Origin: Octopus sinensis
Lineage: Eukaryota
Direction: 5' to 3'
DNA length: 64,000 nt
Assembly (NCBI RefSeq): GCF_006345805.1
Contig: NC_043017.1
Location: forward strand, 15,810,001 to 15,874,000
Shown piece after piece: positions 26,177 to 37,765 of the stretch. The number at the start of each line of letters is the position of its first letter. Within the stretch, counting starts at the first letter, position 1. The translations under genes and the position numbers were made by a program. The notes under the pieces are model-generated. The model made no database searches. It saw only the letters and a list, made by a program, of their open reading frames with translations, and was not told the origin of the DNA.

Positions 26177-28899
26177 TATATATATATACGTTTAAATATT
26201 TGTTGTGCAAGATTTTTTTGGCTAAACTGGCAATATGACCATTCCGAAATATAACAATATATATATATATATGTATGTATAAATATATATATTATATATA
26301 GTTCACAGTAAGCACACACATATTATACAGTACATACACATACACATACATGCATAGTACACACACATGTATAAAACACATACACAGTACATAATACAAA
26401 CACATACGTGTATAGTACATACACTCGCACACACACACAACAGACACACACTCACACATATATACACAACACACAAACAGTGCCCCTCCCACACACACAC
26501 TGTCTTATAAGAAACAGTGATGTTGTGGCAGTAATCCATTTCCTGAGAGAAATACTGATATTAAAGTTAATGTCCCTGTAGTTTAAAGGGGAGAGAGAGA
26601 AGACAGTCCAGTGTGGTCCCAGTATATAGCTGGTATTGTATTAACTGGGATTTGAATTCAGTTGTGTGGGGGCAGAATATACCACACTAGCTATTGTTAA
26701 TAAGGGGGACCCCTGGCCAGGAGGTAGAGGGCTGAGGTATGGGCATGGATCTGGTGTGTGGTATTGGGGTATGGATTTCGATTATGGCCCTGGGGTATGT
26801 CCCTGGGGTATGGCCCTGGGGTATGGCCCTGGGGTATGGCCTTGGTACATGACCCTGGCGTTTGGCCATCAGCTAATTGAGTTGTGTGGACATTAACTGG
26901 CTTTTTACCTCATCCAACACCAACAACAACAATAGCCATTGACAACAGAACCTCACCACCACAAACACCATCATCACCTCCACCTTCACCACCACCATCT
27001 CCACCACCATCACCATATACTCACCACTAACAACAATCCAATTAGGTGACCTACATGTGGTCTTCAGTCTCCTAGAAACAGCAGCCAAAATTTTTCCAAA
27101 TTACACTCTGCAACTTTAAAATAATAAATGAAGGCCACATTAGGCAGTTTAATTATAGATACAGAAAAACACCTAACAGACAATGGTGGTCATAAGTGGA
27201 TCATCTCTGATCATATGCCTGTCCAATCAGTCTCAAACCTAGGGTTAAACAACACCACACATGGTAGTGTTTTCTCGCCCCAGCCTCCGTTAATGCTACA
27301 CAGAAATGGCTTAATTAATCATAATGCTAGAGAGGGATGCAGGGGTGGGAGAGGAGAAGCAGTAGTAACCCCTTCCACCCGTCTTCCACTTCCTTTCTAC
27401 ATCAGCAGACAAAAGCAACTGTAATCCGATCCGTTTATGCTGCAGTAGGGACCAATGTGAACCAATAACTCCCAGTTAGCATCAAAGACTCACTGGAATG
27501 GTAAATCTGCTTCTTCACTTCACTGCTTCATCGTTTTTGTCTTGAAATTGCTAATCCACCAACAAGAATGCTTTCTAATTTAGGTGGAAGACCAACAATT
27601 TTGAGGGGAGGGGGCAAGGCGATACCATCCACCTCAGTCTTTCACTGCAACTGTATTTTAGTAACCCAAAACAATGGAAAGCAAAACTGACGCTCACAGG
27701 ATTTGAACTCAGGATATAATAATAATAAAAATAAACACAGAACAAATACTGCTAGGAATTTTTTTCCATCTTCTAACAATTCTGCCAGCTTACCATTTTA
27801 ATAATAAATGCTTGAAATTTTGGCCCAGATCCACAGCAGTTTCTGAGGGGAAAAGGAAGTTGATTACATCAACCCCCAGTGTCTGACTGGTAATTTATTT
27901 TATTGACCCTGAAGGGGATGAAAGACAAAGTCAACTTCAGTGGAATTTGAACTCAGAATGTAAAGACAGACAAAATCCTGGTAAGCATTTTGTGCCAATA
28001 ATTCTGCCAGCTCTCCACCTTAATAATAATAATCCTTTCTACTAATGGTATTCGAGGAAGGGATTAAGTATATTAGATCAACCCCAGTGTTCAACTGGTA
28101 CTTATTTAATCGACTCTGAAAGGATAAAAGGCAAAGTCAACCTTGGCAGAATTTGAACTCAGAATGTAAAGACAGACAAAAGCATTTCACCCAGCGTGCA
28201 ACCAATTCTGCCAGCTTGCCTGCTTGGCAGGTCCAGAATAGCCAGGAAAGTAATGGATGGTAGGAAAGAATGAATAGCATGGCACTGGAGGCTGCTGGCA
28301 GTAAGACAGCTATGAATGCAAGACTCCAAGAGTTACAACAATCCCTGAGATAATAGTAATGATGATGATGATGATGATACCCTCTGCCAAAGGCACAAAG
28401 CCTGAAATCTTGTGAGGAGAGGAAAAGTCAATTACATCAATCCCAGTGAGTGGATTTGATAGATGGAAACTGAAAGAAGCCCATCGTATGTGTGTGTGTC
28501 TGTTTTTGTCTCCCACCATTTCTTGACAATTGTAATTGGTTTGTTTATGTCCCTGTAACTTAGAAGTTCAGCAAAAAGAGGCCAATAGAATAGTTTTGGA
28601 GGGCAAAACTGTAATCTCTATTGTTGAAAAGATAGGAATCTTAGGAAATTTTTGAAGAAAATGAAACAAACAGAAAAGGGTGGGGTGGGGTGCATACGTG
28701 ACACGTCCACTCTTTTACTTGTTTCAGTCATTTGACTGTGGCCATGCTGGAGCACCGCCTTTAATCGAGCAACTTGACCCCAGTACTTATTCTATCGGTC
28801 TCTTTTGCTGAACCGCTAAGTGACGGGGACATAAACACACAAGCATCGGTTGTCAAGCAATGCTAGGGGGACAAACACAGACACACAAACACATACACG

Positions 28900-28943
<44 letters not shown>

Positions 28944-30505
28944 TATGACGGGCTTCTTTCAGTTTCCGTCTACCAAATCCACTCACAAGGCTTTGGTCAG
29001 CCCGAGGCTATAGCAGAAGACACTTGCCCAAGGTGCCACACAGTGGGACTGAACCCGGAACCATGTGGTTGGTTAGCAAGCTACTTACCACACAGCCACT
29101 CCTGCGCCAGTGTGTTAATAATTTTTTTAGCTTCAATGTTCTGAGTTCAAATTCTGCTGAAGTTGACTTTGTCTTTCATCCCTTTTGGGGCCAGTAAAAT
29201 AAGTACCAGCCATGCACTGGGGTTGATGTATTTGACTAACCCATCTCCCCTGAAATTGCTGGCCTTGTGCCAGAATTTGAAACCAACATTTTTACTTTCA
29301 ATTCGTCATCATAAACTGAAAGGATGTTACAAATATAATCACAACAGCAGCCGACAGTCTATGTGGTCATTCAACCTGTTAGAAATGGCAGCTAAGTCTC
29401 CCTCAAATCATACTGTACCATCTTACAAAATAGAGGGACACACTGATGTGATCCTACAAATACTGTGAAATTAAGATGAGATGATCATAGTTAGAACGTC
29501 TGCTGAATCATGGTCAGCCTGAGCTGCTAGAAATAACAGCTAAATCTTTTTTCAAATAATCCCCATTATCAACAGGATAGCCACAGTGTGTGCCATCTGA
29601 GGCAGCCTGTGACTTTTCTGCATCCTCCACCCGCCCCCCCCCACCTCTTATACAGTCTTATATCGCAGACTCCAAAGGTGCCACCCTCATAAAAACCGAA
29701 AGTGCCCCACCCCCACCCCCGCTTTGGCTGTGCTACTTCTTGGACATTGTAGTCTTGAGTTTGCTGGGTATTGGAAAAAGATGGGGTAGCCACAGCTGGA
29801 ATGTCTTTGATCGCAGGTGTGATTAATCTAAAGGCTGACCTGGGGTTAAATAACAACAGCAAATATGAAGCAGCAAAGAGCACATTAGATAATGTAGTCT
29901 AAGATACACTATACCTGAATAAAAGATGGAATGGTCCGTCAGAGCAGAGCAAACACCAGGAAAGAACACATTACATAACGTATCCCTAGATACACTATGT
30001 GTGACTAAACGACGGGATGGTCATGGTTGTATTAAGTCCACTAGATTGGGCCTGACCCAGGGCTAAACATAGCACGCCTTCCTTTAAAAATTTTAAAAAA
30101 GCGATGTCTCACCAATTCCCGTTCCGGTCGGAATCTCCTGGTCGCCTGGCTCTCCCTGTTCGTCACGATGTCCTTCCTGATGTAGTCCAGTTCTTTCTCC
30201 AGCCTCTCCTTACACCTGGTGCCCGACACAATTTCATAATTCACCTTCACCAACGCCCGTCTTAATTTCACCGTCACCTCCCTCATTAATCGACAATATT
30301 TCAATATAGCATCATTAGCGTGTCGGACGAGGACATCTCTGAGGAAAGGCGACGGGTCTGTCGACTTTCTGGCAGCCACATATTTCTCAGTTCTCTGCAT
30401 TATTCCCTGCGACACCTTCATTCCTCGCAAGGTCCTGCTACGCCATTCTTCTGTCCCAATCGTTAGTTCTGGCATTTTAGCCGAAACCCTTTCTGTTTTA
30501 TCCAT
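9033..30505 (-). CDS. CCDC105: CCDC105/TEKTL1 (tektin-like coiled-coil protein), complete gene: join(30113-30505,16321-16425,15162-15524,14634-14729,12309-12413,9033-9218), 415 aa
   Basis: Six exons (131+35+121+32+35+61 aa) join in frame with canonical GT/AG ends. Blocks resembling recalled CCDC105: [22 protein letters not shown] ~ [23 protein letters not shown]; [14 protein letters not shown] ~ EKLDRPLVRMYQRH; [13 protein letters not shown] ~ HEVDGNVVRLRLR. Confidence 0.88.
9762..9775. promoter_or_regulatory. RFX X-box GTTGCTATGGTTAC in CCDC105 intron 5
   Basis: 14-mer match to the GTYNCYATGGNWAC X-box pattern. Confidence 0.5.
10113..10640 (+). mobile_element. 5'-truncated RTE-clade LINE copy (same family as 391-1152)
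   Basis: Colinear with about 612-1152, ending gcatggaaagcggacgctaaatgatatgatgatg. It has an internal duplication of the tggcacgtaaaaagcacc block. Confidence 0.85.
11585..11823. promoter_or_regulatory. Degenerate 28-bp tandem array built from alternating 14-bp X-box-like units; candidate RFX enhancer
   Basis: Units start at 11605, 11619, 11633, 11647, 11661, 11675, 11689, 11703, 11717 and 11731 (exact 14-bp phase), then at 11767, 11781, 11796 and 11810. Best sites: GTTACTTAGCAAC (11767), GTAACTTAGTAAC (11633), ATGTCCATGGCAAC (11585). Confidence 0.6.
12309..12413 (-). CDS. CCDC105: CCDC105 exon 5
   Basis: cctcctctcttgcag| [35 protein letters not shown] |gtaagt; 105 nt, phase 0/0. Confidence 0.88.
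12700..13722 (+). mobile_element. Penelope-like retroelement remnant (RT thumb plus GIY-YIG endonuclease), pseudogenised
   Basis: [17 protein letters not shown]...YYMKPVTS...SAL (PLE RT C-terminal region) is followed after frameshifts by C..C...[14 protein letters not shown]...[16 protein letters not shown] (GIY-YIG). It is antisense to CCDC105, in intron 4. Confidence 0.85.
14634..14729 (-). CDS. CCDC105: CCDC105 exon 4
   Basis: ctgactctctctttcag| [32 protein letters not shown] |gtattt; 96 nt, phase 0/0. It fills the expected gap between exons 3 and 5 and is not in the ORF track. Confidence 0.8.
15162..15524 (-). CDS. CCDC105: CCDC105 exon 3
   Basis: atttcag| [22 protein letters not shown]...[17 protein letters not shown] |gtgagt; 363 nt, heptad-rich. 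Confidence 0.9.
16321..16425 (-). CDS. CCDC105: CCDC105 exon 2
   Basis: cattctctattgcag| [35 protein letters not shown] |gtaatt; 105 nt. Confidence 0.88.
16721..17729. mobile_element. Composite foldback/MITE: outer inverted repeats (16721-16790 / 17652-17729) enclosing an inner foldback (16835-17593)
   Basis: The inner arms are reverse complements over about 340 bp (ttggatcttttccttttgaacggcag... / ...ctgccgttcaaaaggaaaagatccaa) around an approximately 18-nt loop near 17189. The outer arms are gtggtcccggtgcg..ctagctagtcatgactagtcgatcct / aggatcgactagtcacgactagctag..gcaccgggaccac. Confidence 0.85.
18119..19091. mobile_element. Non-autonomous DNA transposon (MITE) with long imperfect terminal inverted repeats
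   Basis: Perfect 17-bp inverted repeat GGTAAAGATCATGGACC (18127-18143) / GGTCCATGATCTTTACC (19067-19083), with about 100 bp of further imperfect inverted similarity. No clear TSD. Confidence 0.75.
20242..20450 (+). mobile_element. Short 3' fragment of the RTE family, embedded in (AAT)n
   Basis: Contains the tggcacgtaaaaagcaccc...ccatgccagcatggaaagcagacgttaaatga terminus shared with 391-1152. Confidence 0.75.
21350..21505 (-). mobile_element. tRNA-derived SINE (related copies at about 20970-21110 +, 28945-29105 -, 53808-53965 -, 58465-58565 -, 61010-61170 +)
   Basis: Minus-strand head gtggctgtgtggtaggaag...ggttcctggttcagttcca with A/B-box-like motifs; tail gaaactgaaaaaagtccatcg followed by (TA/TATG)n. 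The same sequence recurs through the window. Confidence 0.8.
21940..22390 (+). mobile_element. 3' end of an L1/Tx1-like LINE (ORF2 C-terminus, 3' UTR, AATAAA and (TTA)n tail)
   Basis: [50 protein letters not shown] has the Tx1-type ..R...E......F...W ending. AATAAA at 22357-22362 is followed by (TTA)n. Confidence 0.7.
22391..22618 (+). mobile_element. tRNA-derived SINE of the ggcgagctggcagaa...gttcaaattc family, inserted at the LINE's (TTA)n tail
   Basis: A-box-like tgtcagaaccg, B-box-like gagttcaaattc, and tail gtagaaaggattattatt. Same family as the 46.3-47.8 kb cluster. Confidence 0.8.
23885..24245 (-). mobile_element. tRNA-derived SINE (related copies at 33286-33560 + and 54590-54800 +)
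   Basis: Minus-strand head gcaatggcccagtggttagggcagcggactcgcggttggaggatcgcggtttcaattccc is tRNA-like but has no acceptor stem and continues into a repeat body shared with 33286-33560. Confidence 0.75.
25140..25430 (+). mobile_element. Older degenerate RTE LINE 3' fragment
   Basis: Broken frames give ..[30 protein letters not shown], homologous to 480-700. Confidence 0.7.
26783..26860. repeat. 13-bp GC-rich minisatellite (tatggccctgggg), about 6 copies
   Basis: Units at 26783, 26796, 26809, 26822, 26835 and 26848. Confidence 0.85.
30113..30505 (-). CDS. CCDC105: CCDC105 exon 1
   Basis: ATG in a taataATGg context; [25 protein letters not shown]...[10 protein letters not shown] |gtgaga; 393 nt. 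Confidence 0.9.
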
Positions 30506-30720
30506 TATTATTATTTATTTTAATTCCTCTTTCGTCTTCTTCCTCTTTCAACTGTTTCACGTCTTTTTATATTTGAAAATTTTAATTATTTGTTTTGCTT
30601 CTTTTTTAATAAATTAAAACTAGTTTAAATAATATTTATAAAGATATAAATTAATAAATATAGGAATTTTTTCCGGTATAAAAACGAGTTATATATTTAT
30701 ATTTTGAGTCGGACTAAGAT

Positions 30721-30820
30721 GTTTGACAGTCGACATGTTTAGTTTATTTTTTAGGGAGTCGCGTCGGTATCTTAGCAACAGCTTCAAATAACAGTTCCGC
30801 AGAAAGGCTCTTACGTCAAC
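30721..30820 (-). promoter_or_regulatory. Putative CCDC105 proximal promoter with an X-box (GTATCTTAGCAAC, 30767-30779), a forkhead-like TGTTTA and a CRE-like TTACGTCA (30811-30818)
   Basis: Locally CpG-retaining segment 220-310 bp upstream of the ATG. The motif set is typical of motile-cilium/sperm genes. TSS unknown. Confidence 0.55.
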
Positions 30821-32036
30821 CGTTCGCACTAACAGAGTAAGAAGAATTAATCAGCCAGAAAACATTGAAATAAAATTTTTAAGAAAATATATTTCATTGA
30901 AAGATATAGCAAAATTGCTCTTTTTCATAATATCCGGTTAATGGTAATTTTTTAAAATTTTTTTCTGAGAAAAAAAATTATGTTATAAGCAAGAAATGCC
31001 AGCTATTCGAGATGGCGATGTGATTTATGATTAATGACAATGGTGTTAGATTACGGAGGAAATAAATAAATGGTTTTATATATATTTATTATTTTCTATT
31101 TATTATATATTTTTATAAATACCAACAAGGTTTAATCCATGAAGTGGATTGTCACGCCATTTCCCATTTCGTATTTAAACGCTCAGTTACTAAACATAGA
31201 CAATTTCTAAGAATCACATGCATGACTGAACACACACACACACACGTACATGCATGGACACACATACAAAGACACATGCACGCACACACACGCACGCACG
31301 CACGCACACACAGAAGCTATGTACTGTTAGTAAGAATGGTAAAACCAGCAAAACTGAGTCATAATTTCTCGCCAAACATGGCAAGTCATTATAAATGTGT
31401 GTGTGTGTGTGCATGATTTTTATGAATATATATAAACAAACACACACACACGCACCATCATCGTCATCATTTAACTTCCGTCTTCCTTACTGGCATCAGT
31501 TGGACCAAGAGTGTACCTACATGTGTGTGTGTGTGTATATACACATATATATATATGTGTGTGTGTGTCTGTGTCTGTTTCTCCTTCTACCATTACTTGA
31601 CAACTGATGTTGGTGTGTTTATGTCCCTGAAATTAGCAGTTTGGCAAAAAGAGACCGATAGAATAAGTACTAGGCTTACAAAGAATAAGTCCTGGGGCTG
31701 ATTTGTTCGACTGAAGATGGTGCTCCAGCATGGCCACAGTCAAAATGACTGAAACAAGTAAAAGAATAAAAAAAAATACATACATATATATATATATATA
31801 TTCCATTTTATATATATATATTTAAATCATAATTTTAATTTTAATTTCATGCAACCAGTTATTGAAAAGACCATTAGTTGAAAGGACCAATGAAACAAAA
31901 CTGATTTCAAATGTGTCTCTATCAGTAATTGCATATCTATTCATATAACCTTATTTTTGTTCCATTCTCCGGGAACATGAAACTCTGAGTAACAGTTTTC
32001 ATGATGTCTTTGCAGCTTTATTAATAAAGTGTGTGT

Positions 32037-32075
32037 GTGTAGATAGATAGATACATAGATAGACAGACTGACAGG

Positions 32076-32147
<72 letters not shown>

Positions 32148-32160
32148 CAGACAGACTGAC
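32037..32160. repeat. (AGAT)n/(AGAC)n tetranucleotide microsatellite (similar tracts at 36852-36915 and 38940-39070)
   Basis: Direct reading of the sequence. Confidence 0.95.
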
Positions 32161-32501
32161 AGGTAGATTCAATAACAGTGCTTTTGCTGTAATCATTGAC
32201 AACCACTCATGCTCAACGTATGTGTTTTTCTTGTACGCTGGTTCACTGCTGTAAACGACCTGAAGGACGTCCCCCCCATTAAAACACCTGAAAGTCATAG
32301 ACAAGTGAGATCTGGTGCAAGTTGTCTCACCTGCCTGTGACTTTCATCCAGCTCATTTTGAGGCTCAGAGTCTCTGGCTGGATGCCCTTCCTGGTGCCAA
32401 CCCTCACCTGTTTCCAAGGAACATAATATTTCCCTCAAGGACAGACAGGTTTTTCACAGAAGATTGAAAATGAAAGATGCCACCTGTATGATGGTGATGC
32501 T

Positions 32502-32816
32502 CAGTGGCGGACTGGCCAGGTTGCCAGCTTGCCCAAAGCAAGTGGGCCCCTGCACCATTAGAATCCATATATAGGGGCCCATGTTAGTATCTAAGGGGCC
32601 CATCCCCTTAAGTTTGAGAATTTTTTATTCACTCCTGGAAGAATGCATTAATTATTTCAGCCTGGCTGTGTTTGTAGACAGGTGAAAAGAATACTTTTAA
32701 CAAAAAAAAAAAAATGATAGCATTGTAGTTGTGGGTGGGCCCCTCCCTTAGTCTCCTGGGTGGGCCCCTCCCTTAGTCTCCTGGCAACCAATATTTTTAG
32801 ACCCAGTCTGCCACTG
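32502..32816. mobile_element. hAT-type MITE, 315 bp
   Basis: TIRs CAGTGGCGGACTGG / CCAGTCTGCCACTG (1 mismatch) and an exact 8-bp TSD GTGATGCT at 32494-32501 and 32817-32824. Confidence 0.9.
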
Positions 32817-35800
32817 GTGATGCTTACTTGCAACTAACATAGCTAGGCAAAAAGACAGCAACACTCATGCACACACACACATCTTCATCTTCATCATCAT
32901 TATCATCATCATCATTTAATGTCCATTTTCCATGCTGTCATGGGTTGGACAGTTTGACAGGAGTTGAGCAACAGAAGGGCTGTTCAGGTTCCCCGTCTGT
33001 TTTGGAATGGTTACTATGGCTGCATGCCCTTCCTAATGCCAACCACTTTACAGAGTGTACTGGATGCTTCTACACAGCACCAGTATGGGTGCTTTTTACG
33101 AGGCACCAGCATTTACAAGCCTGCAAGTTTAGGGATGTTCAGCTGGAGGGGTTGCAAGGGATGGGCCAGTATGCAAGGGTAACCATGCCATGTGTATACA
33201 CATGATGGGATTCTTTCAGTTTCCGTCCACCAAATCCACTCATAAGGTTTTTGTTGGCTCATGGCTATAGCAAAGGACACTTGAGTGGAGGCACATGGCC
33301 TAGTGATTAGAGCAGTAGACTCATGGTCGAGGGATCGTGGGTTCGAATCTCAGACCAGCCGATGTGTGTGTTTATGAGCGAAACACCTAAGCTCCGTGCG
33401 GCTCTGGCAGAAAATAATGGCAAACTCCTGCTGACTCTTTCACCACAACTTTCTCTCACTCGTTCCTCCTGCATCTTGCAGCTCACCTGCGATGGACCGG
33501 CATCCCATCCAGGTGGGGAACCTATACGTCAAGGAAACCAGAGAAACCGTCCCTCACAAGCCAGGTATGGTGCTGGTGCCACGTTAAAAGCACGCAGCAT
33601 GCACTATAAAGTGGTTGGCATTAGGAAGGGCATCTAGCTGTAGGGACCAAAGTAAATCAGGCTGGAACCGGGTACAGCTTTCTAGCTTGTCAGCTCTGGT
33701 GAAACTGTCCTATCCATGCCAGCTTGGAAAATGAATGTTAAATGATGATGGTGATGATGAAATCATTTTGTATCAATTGAAAAGTCAAATCACGGAAAAA
33801 TTCCATTTGTGTGTGTGGGTGTGCATGTATGCATATGTCTTCTAATTTTACTTAGTAAGTCAAGAAGAAGACTTAAAAAAAAAATAATTTGGATCCTATT
33901 TTTGAAAAATAATTCTCCCGCACACTGTATGTGACATATAAAGGTTAATGTGATTAAAATATTACAAATATTTCTTGCTAATTTATTCGTCACTGAAAGC
34001 CTTGTTTGAATGTCAACTCAAAATGAGATTTTCTTGAATTTTCAGAAGAACTGTTCTCTTCTAACAATCATTAATCACTCTGAATAATGTCTAAGTAAAC
34101 TTTGAATCCAATCAATCATTCAAAATTTATCATATTTGGCCAGTCATTTGCTTGTTACGAAACACGTTGGAGGAGATTTATTCAATTCAAAAGTTAGAAA
34201 TACAATCCTACAACCTGTGTTAATTATGGAAGGGTTGATAGATTTGAGGTTATATTTTAATGATTGTTGTGACATTATGATTGATGTAACTCTGTAATGG
34301 AATCACCATTTTAATAACTTCACAACTCAGTCTATATAGTTATATTCCTGCTTAATAGTTCCTCCAAATTTGCTGCACATTCAGTCTACAAGCGCAACAA
34401 TTTCATTTCATTTAAGCTGCTATAGAAAGGACAGGCAGGAGAATGCAGTCATTTATAAACCAAGGCAGGATTGTCAAAACTGGAACAAACTTTATCAAAG
34501 TGTTGTGTGATTAGGACTAATCTTAATGTGTAAAAGAGATTCAGGAATGTTGCGCCTCACCATTTATAATTCCTTCATTTATATATTCATTTCTTTATAC
34601 ACATATACATAGATAGGCCTTTTGTTCCTTCTTATCAGAAGAGTGCCAACACTTCATTGCACCTTGCGTGACCATATATATACATGCAAGATGTTCATCC
34701 CATCTTCATTCTGTAATCACATTCACAGATACAACGCTTGGAACTATCTGTTTCCTGGCATCATCAACTGGGTTGTGGTCTCACGGATTTTACCATGCCT
34801 TGTCAGCTGACTTGCTTATTGAATTACACTCATAACAAATGTGCCATGTAGGACATGCCAGAAGAATAATCTCACAAGTTGCTTGATTGCTCCCAGGTTA
34901 ACGAGAGTACAGGTGGTTGACCACTCCAGCTCTTGACAGAAGAAATCATCCACACTCATTTCAGCTGAATTTCTGCTGGCACTGCACTGAAGTATTCACT
35001 GCTTATGGAGTGAATACTTCAGAGCAGTTATCCTCCACTCACTCTTGCTCATAGACATTACATCTGTTCCTGACAAAACCTCCATAATGCACAGTTTTTA
35101 ACCAATACCTTCCACTCATCCACATCCATCTCCAAAGCTTTCAGATTGACTTTCATTACATCCTTAAATCATCATCATCATCATCACTGTCATCATCGTC
35201 ATCATCATCATCCTCGCCATCATTATTATTATCATCATCATCATCATCATCATCATCATTATCATTATTGTGATCATTTAACGGCCATTTCTCAAGCCGG
35301 CATCAATCAGATGGTTTCACAGAATCTGGCAAGCCACAGGGGCTGCATTGTGCTTCAGTGTGGTTCTTTGACAGGGTCTCTGTGGTTGGAAGCCCTTCCT
35401 AATACCAACCACTTTACAGAGTGTGGACTGGGTGCCTATTTTTCTTGTGCCACCGGCACTAGTGAGGTTGCCGAGTAACTTTGAAGACTGGATGTGGACC
35501 AGAAAAGAGAGAAAAGCCCTTGACTAAATGGTGGGAGGGAATATTTGAGAGAAGTGAGGGAGTGGCTTTATGCCAGCAGTTGGGAGGATAAAATACGATT
35601 GAGGGTGACACACTGGTGTCTAGTCAGAGAGAAGGTACCTGGTCACCCACCATACAGGACATAAAGAGTGGATAGGGGTAGCTGGGAGGAAAATGAAAAG
35701 TTAGTGATGGGGTGTCAGAGTGAACCTTGAAGGGGCAACAGAGAATATGGTGTGGAGGGGGGGGCAGTGGATCAGGAGAGGGAAGGAGTAGTAGGGTGGG

Positions 35801-35986
35801 TGGGTATAAGAGTGTGAATGGAGAGTAACAGGTGGTTAGGGGTGGGTGGGGTTGAGATGAATGTAGGGAGTGGTGAACAGGAGTGGGGGTGTAACTTGAG
35901 AAATATAAGTATGTTGTTGCGCACGTGTGTGACAGAGAAGTTATGCCCCTTTGTTTTTTTCCCAAGTCAATGCTGCTGTCTCTCTA

Positions 35987-36262
35987 CAGTTGTGAGGCCC
36001 TGGAGAGACAGAGTACACAACGGAAGACCATATGTCTTCCAACCAGACTCAAGACTAGGACAACCCAAGCGTGGATGTGCACCAACCTCCATGATCATGT
36101 TCTCCCAGACACATGGCCTCCTGGCTCACCACACCTCAATCCACTGGACTATTTACTTAGGAGTCTTAGTCAAGGTCAATCACCCCCATCACAACACACA
36201 ATCTGTCTAATTACATCCAAACTTGAAAAAGATCATCAGATTCAGGCTTGTCAATACTTTTG
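35987..36262 (+). mobile_element. Degenerate Tc1/mariner transposase fragment (second and third catalytic-residue region)
   Basis: TVVRPWRDRVHNGRPYVFQPDS, then after a frameshift TTQAWMCTNLHDHVLPDTWPPGSPHLNPLDY (WPPxSPDLNPLDY motif). It continues the same family as 1-205. Confidence 0.85.
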
Positions 36263-36440
36263 ACCCCCTACTTAAACAGCCACTCATGCTAACGGGAGAT
36301 CCATTGAATAGGTGTAACAAAAGGGGTCCTCAAGGCTATTTGGCTCAATTTGTTTCCAAATGCAGTTTTTCTTTGATGAGATACAAACTTTTTTTCTAAA
36401 TTCATTAGAAATAACCTCAAAAATCTGACACATCCTATAC

Positions 36441-36494
<54 letters not shown>

Positions 36495-36809
36495 TAAGCT
36501 CACCCAAATACACATAAATAATATACATGAAGAGGTAAGTGGAAAAGAGAGAAGAAAACATGAGATGTAGATTGAGGGAGGTGAGGGAGAAAAGGATGGT
36601 GGGGTGTATATGTACAGAAATAGAAGAAGGAGAAGATAGAGGGTGAGAAAGGAGATGGGGAGAGCAGAAAGAAAGAGAAAGGGAACACAGATATAAAGAA
36701 GAGATAAAAACTACATAACATGATATATATATGTGTGTGTGTGTGCGTATATATATATATATAAATATAAATATATATATATATATGTGTATGAGTGTAT
36801 ATATATATA

Positions 36810-36911
<102 letters not shown>

Positions 36912-37751
36912 CAGACATGTATATGAGGAGGATATGATGTGGGGAGAGTGGGAGAAACAGCAGCACCAATGCCAACGACCCCAACAGCAGCACTACAGCT
37001 GGAGATGACAAACCACTCCAACACCAACAGCACCAGTGGTGCTGCTGGTCTCATATCCAGTATTAGCAACATCAGCAGCTACATCACCATCGGCAACAGC
37101 AGCAATGTGACCAGGGATGACTACAGCAACAACAACAACAACAACACCCACAGCACTGATAAATGTTAAATGGCCCTCCGTCAGCTATGATGATGGGAGT
37201 TCTAGTTGATGTGAGGAATGGAACAGCCTGCTTGTGAAATTAATCCACAAACATGCATGCCCTTAACATATCAGGGAGATTCAGAGTGACACAGAATGTG
37301 ACAAGGCTGGCCCCTCGCGAATTACAGGTACACCTCATTTTTGCCAGCTGAGTGGATTGGAGCAGCGGGAAATAAAGTGTCTTGCTCAAGGACACAATTC
37401 ACAGTCAGGAATCGAACTCACGACCTTCTGATCATGAACTGAACGCCCAAACCACTGAGCCATGTTGGACACGTTTGTAATGAGTCCAGCTGCACAAGAT
37501 GGTGTCATACCTGACAACTTGAGCAGCAAATATCATTGTCTACAAAAGTAAAGGAGATGCAACAGAGAGAAGAAAGATGAAAGTTGCTTCACACTTGATG
37601 AAGAGTAGAGTTAGTGCTGAAGCGATGCAGTTAAGATTTGTTCTTTTCTTCCTAAAATAACTGCAAGAGAATTACTTAGGAATGAAACACTGTAAGGAGG
37701 ATTTGTTGATAGGGAGGTGTTTGACATGGTTCCATGCTCTGCAATGTGGTG

Positions 37752-37765
37752 GTTGCTAGGGAAAC
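37752..37765. promoter_or_regulatory. RFX X-box GTTGCTAGGGAAAC between the two divergent genes
   Basis: 14-mer match to GTTGCYNNGGNAAC. Confidence 0.5.

Noticed and set aside
33288-33360. tRNA gene (also 24175-24245 on the minus strand)
   Set aside because: A/B boxes are present but there is no closing acceptor stem, and the sequence runs straight into a SINE body repeated elsewhere in the window.
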